From Ginkgo biloba (Eukaryota; Plantae; Ginkgophyta), in the NCBI GenBank assembly GCA_024626585.2, contig JANKJI020000002.1, forward strand, positions 266,371,069 to 266,401,802: a stretch of DNA of 30,734 nt, given 5' to 3'. The position numbers were made by a program, and so were the translations under genes. Numbering within the stretch: the stretch's first letter is position 1; every line of letters begins with the position of its first letter. Below are positions 1 through 8,994 of this stretch, one piece after another. The notes beneath the pieces were generated by a model. That model was given only the letters and a program-made list of their open reading frames with translations. It did not search any database and was not told where the DNA came from.

Positions 1-1090
1 ACTAGAGTGACCCCCAATCTCACGTGAACATATGTCTTCACTTCGTTGGGAATTTGGGAGAACCTCAGTTGAAAGTGAAATATTTCATTTAAAAAATCTC
101 GATATCCAATTCACCATAATTTGTATTTCATCAGGTCCACAGGGTTAGAGTCATAGACCACCTTTGTCAATCCCATGCACCAACTCTCAAAATCTAATTT
201 CTAGATGAGCGGACTTGAGGGAGAACTAAATATAAGTACATATTTCCGTTGGGTTCGTAACCTTAAGGTGAATTTATATTCAATTACCCCGAGAGTTTGA
301 TCTCTAATAAATCACACAGGCCCAAATATAGTTCATAACACAAATGATGTCATAGTATCAATTCTAAAGAATATCCCCAAACTCATTAGGGATATGACAA
401 TAAAGTTTCTTCTTTCTTCCCTTAGCCTTTTTTTTGAAGAAAACTTCCTACTTTTGATTCCCCTTTGCACTTGCACAAATATCAGTCAATATTGACAAAA
501 ATCCAAAAGTAGACAATCCTCAATCTTGCAAGATGTCTTACCTATCCAACATACAACAATCAGAGAAGGTAGTTAGATGAGATAAAGGATAATTCATAAA
601 TTTTAACTTTGAAATATTCAACTCTTGATTGTATAGCATTATCTTAATAGTGTTGTGATTAACTTTTGCTTTAAGAGTGGCCCCATTTATGGGTTAACAA
701 CTATCACCTATTGTTACAAGTAATTCCACCCTTCCTTGGTTGCTTGGGTGGCACTTGATGTGGCATCCTTGAGGCCTTATTGGTGACTAGATATTCCACC
801 TTGGTGCATTTATTACATGTCATGAGTTTGAATTATGATGGAAGGGTGCCCATCCTTGTAGTAGATTTTGTTGTGAGGTGTTTAGTTGCATTTATTGTTT
901 GGAGAAATCTTTTTAGTTGCAAAATTAATTATTATAAGGGTGTTTTGTGGAAAAGTATGGATCAAGTATGGTGAGCCATTTTTATTGATCATGTTGTAAC
1001 ATTTTATTATTTTATGTAATTATGGGAGTGGAGGGCACTTGTGAGGCACCTCTCACCATTCACATCAGGTTTGGAATTCATTTTTGGAGA

Positions 1091-1190
1091 NNNNNNNNNN
1101 NNNNNNNNNNNNNNNNNNNNNNNNNNNNNNNNNNNNNNNNNNNNNNNNNNNNNNNNNNNNNNNNNNNNNNNNNNNNNNNNNNNNNNNNNN
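1091..1190. other. Assembly gap (100 N)
   Basis: Run of exactly 100 N; true size unknown. Confidence 0.99.
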
Positions 1191-2753
1191 ATTTGTGTAA
1201 TACTTTTTGTTGGACAAGGTATGGATAAAGTATGGTGAGCCACCTTTTTGATACATGTAATCTTGTGTTATATTATCTTAATAATTATGGTGAGAGGGAA
1301 GCCACTTGTGAGGCACATCTCACCTTTCAAATTAAAAAAATAATTTTGTAGCATTGATGGAGGAGGACGTTGGCAGCTTTAGAAAAGATGAAGGTGGTGC
1401 ATCAAGGCATGGTAGTGGATACCAAGAGAGGATCCAGTTTTTGGTTTTTTTGTGAAGGTTGGAGAAATTTTCATATGGGGAGAGCTTCTTGTTATTGGGA
1501 CTTGGTTTTTTCATTCCAACAGAGAGAAAAATTTTGAGAGGCATGTAATTTTTGGTGTGTTGATGGAATGCAACATTGGAGTACTTTTAGGAGAGGAGCA
1601 TAACACACCATAGAGAAGGTTGATGAAGGGTGCATCCCTATGAAGAAGAAAAGATAAGAAACACTATCTTAGTTGGTTTGTAGTAAGCTATGAGTCCTCC
1701 CCCCTTTTTTATGTTTATAGGTGATTAGTCATAAAATCATTGGAAGCCATCTATGGCCATTTATAATTATGATTTTTGGTGTATGTGTGTTATTTTTGTC
1801 AATAAACATGGTTCTTGTGGTGTTTTCAGGCATTTTTCTTCTCTATTACATTCTCATTTCATGTTTAGGTTTTTAAATTATGTTACATGATGTATTTAAA
1901 GTTATAAAACCTTAAACCCAATTTGGGACTGATTCTCATTGTGGGGTATTACCGTTTAAGGGAAGAATTTCATGATTTCTATGGGTTGGGAGTATTTTTC
2001 TTTCCTATCCCTTTATTTCTCTATCTTCCTTTTGTCGTCGGTTCTTCTCCTCGAGTTTCCCCCTTATTTCTACCTGTTTTAAGGATGATGCAGCCTCCCA
2101 TGCATCCTCGTGGCCCTGCATAGTCTTCCTTGCCTCCACCATGCCCTGTCTTCATCTTATGGTTACCCTCTATTCTCCCAAAGTCTTCTTGGTTCTCCCG
2201 TTCTCTCTCCCTTGATGTGTACAGCCCTGGCATCCCTTGCTTGGTGCATTTCCTCTTCGTCACCCCCGTGTTGATCATATTCTACTCAATCCCCCGCCCT
2301 GGTCCTGGTATCCTTACCCATGCTATGGCACCCCTTATTGGGGACTTTTCCTTCCTCCCTCACTGTCCTTGCAGGCCTACACACTGTGGTCGTCATGCCG
2401 CCCCTGCACATCAAATGTAAACATGAAAAAAAAAAATCTGATAACCTAAAATCAAACAAAAAAATAAAAATATTTACTAAAAACTATAGTCACAAAATAT
2501 TTTAATTTCATCTAGCCCTCTCAATTTTAGCCCCAATCACGTGGAGGGCCATAAGACCACATTTTAGTGTTTTAAAAAGTGAAAATGTTGTTAGGACCTC
2601 TTCCTTAGTTTTACTAGGGTCCCTTCAAGGCTTAAGCTCATCACATCACGCATCCATAAGCTGATAAGATTGACTTTGCATTTGAGAAGGATGACCCTCT
2701 CAAGTACCCCAAAAATAATGCCAAAATAGCGACCCAACTTTAATCCATAAAGA

Positions 2754-3001
2754 TGTTGGAATACACGCTCCAACATAAATAAATGTAATAGTCTATATTT
2801 AAAAATTTTTGTTATGTGTGTAGACAACTCATGTATATGCATTGTTAATAGAATATTAGGTGTGGGTTTAAGAGTAATTATAGGGTAGTTTGTTAGTGTA
2901 GAGATTGGAGTCTTCTAGTAAGACTCTACTATTGTGTTTGTGTGAAATTTTCTATGCATATCCCTTTCCTTTACATTGTTGCAATCTCTATATTTTTGTC
3001 A
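2754..3001 (+). repeat. TRIM 5' LTR (248 bp)
   Basis: TGTTGGAA...TTGTCA. About 21 substitutions relative to the 3' LTR by manual count, and it lacks a 31-bp segment present in the 3' LTR. Confidence 0.92.
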
Positions 3002-3013
3002 TGGTATCAAAGT
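3002..3013 (+). promoter_or_regulatory. TRIM primer-binding site (tRNA-iMet type)
   Basis: TGGTATCAAAGT immediately after the 5' LTR; 10/12 match to canonical TGGTATCAGAGC. Confidence 0.85.
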
Positions 3014-3485
3014 AGGGAGATCATCATGGCCAAGTTGAAGATCCACCAGATAGTGATGATGATGATGACCTTGTTGAAGAAGAGGCACTTGTCCTATTTT
3101 AAAGATGCCCACACTTTGAAGATAGGAAGGGATGCAGTGGAGGATAGATAGATGTTCAATAGTCCGGGATGCTTGTGGATCGGAGAAACTATACCTCATT
3201 GGGGTTATGAGACATGCATGTGGGGATTGTTGTCTGATAGTTCAAGGAAGATCTGAGATCTGGAAGTTCGACATCATACCTTTACGAGGGTGACAAGACA
3301 CTTCATGTGCAAATGGTGTCCAATGATGTTGGAAACTTGGATTACAATTGGGAGACTATAGTTTTCAGAGGAATAGGGAGCAACTTGAAGAAGTCTTACT
3401 GGTCCAAGAACTATTTTCAAAGAGCAACTTCTAGAGAATGTTATTTCTATTATTTTATGTTGTCAGTCAGTTTAGTATTGTAGCG

Positions 3486-3496
3486 TTAAGAGGGGG
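3486..3496 (+). promoter_or_regulatory. TRIM polypurine tract
   Basis: TTAAGAGGGGG directly abutting the TG of the 3' LTR. Confidence 0.8.
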
Positions 3497-3774
3497 TGTT
3501 GGAATATACGCTCCAACACAAATAAATATAATAGTCTATATTTAGGAATTTATGTTTTGTGTGTAGACAACTCATGTATATGTGTTGTTTATAGAATATT
3601 AGGTGTGGGTTTAAGAGTAATTATAGGGTACTTTGTTAGTGTAGAGATTGGAGTCTTCCAGTAAGACTCTACTACTATGTTTGTATATAAATTGAAGTAT
3701 CTATGAATAAAGAGTGTGAAATTTCTGCGCATATCCCTTGCCTTTATAGTATTGCAATCTCTATTTTTTTGTCA
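3497..3774 (+). repeat. TRIM 3' LTR (278 bp)
   Basis: Direct repeat of 2754-3001; retains TATATAA (3684) and AATAAA (3706). Confidence 0.92.
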
Positions 3775-3809
3775 AAAGAGCAGTTGAATTCTAGTGGGCA
3801 TTTGGACTT

Positions 3810-4105
3810 GCTCGTTTGTTTAAGGACATTGTCCATTTGTCCAACTATATTGTTTATTTGTCTAATGAGCATTGTTCGTTTGTCTAATGGCCTTATCCGT
3901 TTATTTAACAGACAATGTTCATTTGTCTAACGACCTTGTTCGTCCATCTAACGGATAGTGTCCTTTTATCTAATGACCTTGTCCATTCATCTAACAAACA
4001 ATGTTCATTCGTCTAACGGATAGTGTTTGTTTGTCTAACGGATAGTGGTTATTTGTCTAACGATCTTGGTCACTCGTCTAACAATCACTAGTCTTTTGTA
4101 TAACG
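3810..4105 (+). repeat. Minisatellite, ~21-22-bp unit (TGTTCATTTGTCTAACG...) inside the family-B LTR
   Basis: About 13 degenerate units with a recurring (G/A)TCTAA(C/T) core; about 7 units in the other copy (26705-26850). Confidence 0.85.
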
Positions 4106-4234
4106 ATCAATAGGCTTCCTTTTTATCCCTGGTTTATGCGACAAGTTCATTTAAAAATTAAAATTAAGGTTGTTGACATGGATCTCTCGCGCTACATGTT
4201 GATGGATGTGCAGTGGAGATTTTTGACATCAACA

Positions 4235-7200
4235 CCTGGCAAAAATCCTTTTCGACAACATACATCCCCTTCACTGACTCAAAACCAATGACTTCATTTG
4301 TCATGGTCATCAATAATGTCATTATCTAACTTATGGCATCTGCCACGTTATTTGTCTTACTTGACTTGTATTTCAGCGTAAACAAATAGATCTATAAGAA
4401 TTCAACCCATTTAGCATGTTAGAGACTTAGCTTCCCTTGGGAATTTATAAACCTCAAGGGTTGGTGATCTGTGTATAACACAAATTTCTTAGGCAATAGG
4501 TAATGTTGTCAATATTTTAACATTTGCACTATAGCATAGAATTCGATGTCATATGAAAAGTATTTCTTCATTAATGTCTCAAAGATAGGTTGAGTTGTAT
4601 TTGTCCATTAAAATATTTTTACCTTCATGCATTCAATCATGGGTGTTGCAATTGAGTTGAAGTTCCTCATGAACTTTTTATAGAACTTAATAACCCATAA
4701 AAGCTTCTGACTCTTGTGACATTCCTGGGCACTGGCCAATCTAAGATTGCCTTGATTTTCTTAGGATCCAACCTAAGATCTTCTTTGGAGATTATGAATC
4801 CTAGATATTTCAAGCTCCTTTGCAGAAAGCTACACTTCTCCAAGTTTACATACATCTTCTCTCCTCAGAGTATGTCCAACACTTTTCTCAGGTGAGCCAT
4901 GTGCTCTTCCCTTGAACTACTAAAGACCAAGATGTCATCAAAGTAAACCACCATGCTCTTGGTTTTAGAAAAATGTTCATCAGTCACATGAAAGTGTTAG
5001 GTGCATTGGTTAATCTAAAGGACATAACTCTCCACTCATACAGACCTTCCTTTGTCTTGAATGCAGTCTTCCATTCATTTCCTTCTCTAATACTAATCTG
5101 ATAATATCCACTCCTCAACTTTATCTCTGAAATATACGTCATCCTTAGTAGATAATCTATTATATCGTCCATCCTTAACATCAGGAACCTATACTTGATA
5201 ATTATCCATTTCATAGCTCTGGAGTCCACACACATCCTCCACTGTCCATCTTTCTTCAGTGCCAACAATTTTGGAGTTGCACATGGCCTCAAAATTTCTC
5301 AGATGAAATCCTTCAATAATTATTGAATCTATCAGTTTATTTCCTCATTCTCTATTGGGCTTAGTTTATATGCCACTTGGTTAGGTAAGCTTGATCTAGG
5401 CACCAAGTTGATCTGGTATGCTATCCCCCTATTTGGTAGTAAACCAGTTAGCAATTCCTTAAGAGTGACATCCTTGTAGTCTTTCAACAATCATTTAACT
5501 TCTTCAAGAATTTATGTTGCTTCCAGCCTTTCCACCTCTTTTTCTATCAAAGCATAGCATGTATTAGTGACACATAAATCCCTCATGAGTTACTTCATTG
5601 ATAGAGTCACTTGCGATGCCTCATCTTCTTTTATCAACGACAAAGTAAAGTTCTTTCTGTCTTTGGTCATGGTGTAAGTGTTTCTTCTTCCGTTATGCAC
5701 TTCTTGTCGATCAAATTGCCAAGACCTTTCTAGCAACAAGTGACATGTATCCATCAGGACTATAATACACCACACTTGGTCATCATATCTTCCTATCTGA
5801 AATGGTATAAGACATTTCTCATCGATGGTGATCTCGTCTCCTTTCTTGAACTATAATATCATATATGGTGTCTCATATCACTGGAGGTGCAATCCTAACT
5901 CACAAACCATATCCTATGATATCATATTTTCGCAACTAACTCCATCGATGATTACATCGTAGGCTTTTCCTCTTGACATACATTCAATTATGGAAATCCT
6001 CTTTCTTTGGTTTGTGTTAGTTGTCAATTTGGGGTTGTTGGTGATAGCCCTTCCATTGTTGGATGGTTGGCAATCTTCTCTGCTGACCAACTTTTCTTTT
6101 CCTTTTGTCAGTGTGTGCTTCGACCATCTCCTACCAATTGTCGACTTCTTACTTAACAACAACAACATCCTTTGTGTCTGCATTACTTATGTTTCATCTC
6201 TTACCACATGCTCTAATCTCATCCCTTCCTAGACCAAGTTCACTCTTGGCTTGTTATCATTTCTCATCGGGCACTCAAATTTTTTTTGTCGTTCTATACC
6301 ACACCTAAAACATAGTTTCGGCCTCACAGGTGCATGATAGTCTCTTTCCATTCCCCTTCCCCTTGGTCATGTAAACCTACCTCGACCTCTTGCTTAGTAT
6401 GAAGTGAATTTCCCTCTCGGCCTAAATGTCATATCTAGACCAAATCTTGGGGCACTCTCATATCTTGAGTTATTGTCACCATTCCACTATTTGATATTTC
6501 TCCTCTACCTTTGGTATGAGACTTTTGCGCCTCCGACGAATGGTCTTTTCCTTGTGTTTCTATATAGCCTTTCCTTTCCCTTTACTGCCAATTGATAAGT
6601 TTCATCGATACTTCTTATAGGATGCATTGTAATTTCATCATGAATGGAGTAATTCAAACCGTTCATATACCTCACTACCAGTTGTTCCTCACTTTCCTTA
6701 TGTTTATTGCAAATAGAGAGCCTAAAGAACTCATCGATGTATGTGGGTATATTTCTATCATTTTTCCTCAAGTTCTAGAATTCTTAGAACAATCTCTTAC
6801 CATAGTTTGTAGATAAGAATTTGTCTTTGAGCTTATTAACCATCTTTGTCCATAACTAAAACTTTTCTTTGCCTTCTTGACGTCTTTCCTTTTGCAAATG
6901 TTCCCACCATATGGCTGAATGTCCTTTGAGTTGAGTGCATGTAAAATTTACCGTCTTGGGATCTTCTATCTCTTCCTTCTAAATTTAGAACCTCCACTCT
7001 CACTCCACCTCTGTTGTTCTTTAATAATCTAGCTAACCGATCTTCTGTAATTAGTCCTGACTATTCTTATTCTTCACTCTTAGACTCAGATGCTTCGTTA
7101 CTCTCAAGTATCTGCCTTTGTAATTCGTTCTTGAGCTCTTTCACTCTTCTCACCAAAACATCAATCACTAGTTCCCTTATTTTGTCGTCTCTGGTTGCAC

Positions 7201-7331
7201 TTGGAACCACCTCCAATCTTTCTCTCAACGAGCTTCCACTCGTTGTCTCAAACATCCTCTGCTAGTTTTCTCACTATAGTAATTCTCGAAAACTCCTTCG
7301 GCGAGAAAATAATTCTTGCTGTAGTACCAAA
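4235..7331 (-). mobile_element. Decayed Ty3/gypsy internal region (gag, Zn knuckle, protease, RT, RNase H; integrase missing), CRM-like
   Basis: Gag: YIDEFFRL...EEQLVVRYMNGL (6505-6771). Knuckle relic: CFRCG...ECP (~6265-6312). Protease: VIIDGVSCEN and MDTCHLLLERSWQFDR (5590-5960). RT: WRMCVDSRA...EWKTAFKTKEGLYEW and YFDD (4934-4945). RNase H: FYAIV...LYTDHQPL (4380-4560). Many stops and frameshifts. The protease motif style is typical of the CRM lineage (recognised from memory, not searched). Confidence 0.93.
7318..7329 (-). promoter_or_regulatory. Degenerate PBS of the gypsy element
   Basis: The minus strand reads ...GCATCA TT TGGTACTACAGC, a decayed TGGTATCAGAGC two nt after the LTR end. 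Confidence 0.65.
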
Positions 7332-8200
7332 TGATGCAATTAGACAGTGGGTGTGACGCTCGTGAACGCTAAGCTCATACTCCCCATCGTTTGTTGGTGT
7401 CAAACACACACAATTTTGCAATGTCAGGCTTAGAACCCGATGTTGTCACCGGTTGTGTCTAGCATCTAAACAACAAACCCTCACCAACGAAAGTTGGCAA
7501 GAAGAACCAAGTGAGCTCGACCTGTTTAGACGTCGAGCAATGAGAGGGACTAATCAATACAAAATCTTACAACCACATTATAAAGTGTAAAGAAATAAAT
7601 AAATAAATAAATAGAAGTCATTCAACCAACACATATGAAAATTGCACACGGACAACATCTTTTCAACATGAGAAACCCTCGTAGGGAATAAAACTCCAGG
7701 ATAACATTATTCTAAATCTATGAGGCAAAGCAACTACCAACCACAACTCTTCCTCACTGTCAGAGGGTAAATATAACAGTTTACAACAACTAAATAATTC
7801 ACAACCAGCATAATAGTCCATCGAGTTGCCTCCTTCGGTGATCTACTCGGCCACTACTCCACATATTCACATTCAATGAAATCCTCCACGCACCAACTAA
7901 TTGCCTCCGTCTATCGATTTTTATCCTTCATTGAGCTACCTCCCAAGAACGGTCTCCCTCTCGATGATCTATTCCTACTATGTAACTCCCTCTCCAATTC
8001 TGAATCCATTTTAACGTATTTGTCCACCAAATCCTCTACCAATAACTCTTCCAAAACCACCTTCTCTCCCCTCTCTTTGGGCTTATATGCTTTATTCAAA
8101 CAACTTGGGTGCATCTCCCTCAATGGATCACTTGGTGAGAGTAGTTGCAATAAATTTCTGCGATCAATGCTTTACAACGACTTCTCTTTTCCTAGCATCA
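7332..8200 (-). mobile_element. 5' LTR (family A, 869 bp) of the gypsy element
   Basis: Termini TGATGCAA...TAGCATCA form an inverted repeat, with the PBS adjacent. Homologous to 24714-25499 starting from the same first base. Confidence 0.85.
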
Positions 8201-8553
8201 CCTTTTTTTTGAGTTTTTGCGTACAACTCTCTCTAACTGTCCCATGTCATCGCTACTTCTAATTTAGATATATTACTTGGAAAACGATTCTTTCGATGAC
8301 ACACATGCCCTTGATGCACACGCACTTAGCAGCTTTCACTTGATAATTTGTTTTCCATGAGCTCGATAATGATTTTTTGGCGAGTCACGAAGTGCCTCCA
8401 AAACCTCTATATGTTTGGAATTTGAAATAGAATGTCGAGAAATTCCAAAGGAGAAAGGTGGGGGTCTCATTACAAACTCCCAACGGGGTTCACAGGGCTC
8501 CATGTCAATATTGGGAAAAAAAATTATAGCTGTTAACAATAAAGTGAGGCTGG

Positions 8554-8778
8554 AGTTGGTACACCTGCACAAACAAAAAGTCATTTCTGTATTCGAAGTT
8601 CAGGACCATGGTCCAGAGACTTCTCATACATCTGGTCTGGTTGGTAGTCGTTGTTGCTCATCTCTTATCTGCTACTCCACCACCAAATCAAAGCCCTGGC
8701 CAAAAAACATTCTCTTGTTGTACAATAAAGCAATCCAACTACCAAACTCTTCAACCCACCATATGTGTATATATATAT
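8554..8778 (+). promoter_or_regulatory. Laccase proximal promoter: AC/SMRE MYB sites and TATA-like tract
   Basis: Matches to ACC(A/T)A(A/C)(T/C): ACCAACT (-, 8554-8560), ACCAACC = AC-II (-, 8639-8645), ACCAAAT (+, 8682-8688), ACCAAAC (+, 8741-8747). A (TA)n tract at 8768-8778 lies ~100 bp before the ATG. Confidence 0.65.
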
Positions 8779-8874
8779 CCTACACGACATTTCAATTTAC
8801 CACAGCAGCTTCCACTCACCTCTGATGAAAGTAGATATTGAAATTTAGATTAACAGAGTTGTAAGTACAAGACA

Positions 8875-8994
8875 ATGGCCAGATATTGGAGGCAGTTGCT
8901 TATTGATCTGTTGTTTTCCCTCCTGGTTTTGGTAATTCATTGTGTGGCAGGAGAGCATATTGCAGTGCAGACAACGAGACACTACAAATTCAAT
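8875..8994 (+). CDS. LAC: Laccase exon 1 (signal peptide to TRHYKFN)
   Basis: ATG at 8875; donor AAT|GTGAGT. Confidence 0.92.

Larger units (their letters stand above)
2754..3774 (+). mobile_element. Complete TRIM (terminal-repeat retrotransposon in miniature), 1021 bp, non-autonomous
   Basis: Two TG...CA direct repeats (2754-3001, 3497-3774), a PBS and a PPT. Perfect 5-bp TSD AAAGA at 2749-2753 and 3775-3779. The equivalent empty site is seen in the family-B copy at ~26670. The 495-bp internal region has no recognisable pol domain. Confidence 0.92.
1634..4234 (+). mobile_element. Long LTR of a second retrotransposon family (family B), interrupted by a TRIM
   Basis: Colinear with 25600-26992, e.g. 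tcaattttagcccca-tcac-tggagggccataagaccac at ~2521 and ~26442. Both copies share a CT-rich block and a TTGTCTAAC minisatellite and end in ...TCAACA (4234 and 26992), after which the flanks diverge. The left boundary is uncertain and may extend across the gap to ~670. Confidence 0.7.

Noticed and set aside
1007-1256. ORFs containing X runs (also near 19.7, 24.2, 25.5 and 27.0 kb)
   Set aside because: Artefacts of translating through N gaps.
3810-4105. CRISPR-like appearance of regularly spaced repeats (also 17350-17650)
   Set aside because: The units are contiguous and degenerate, with no unique spacers and no cas genes; this is plant nuclear DNA.
7876-8262. 128-aa and 79-aa ORFs (7876-8262 +, 7911-8150 -)
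   Set aside because: They lie within the family-A LTR, are not preserved in the second copy, and show no domain.
8415-8825. 136-aa ORF upstream of the laccase
   Set aside because: Non-ATG start, overlaps the promoter motifs, and has no recognisable similarity.
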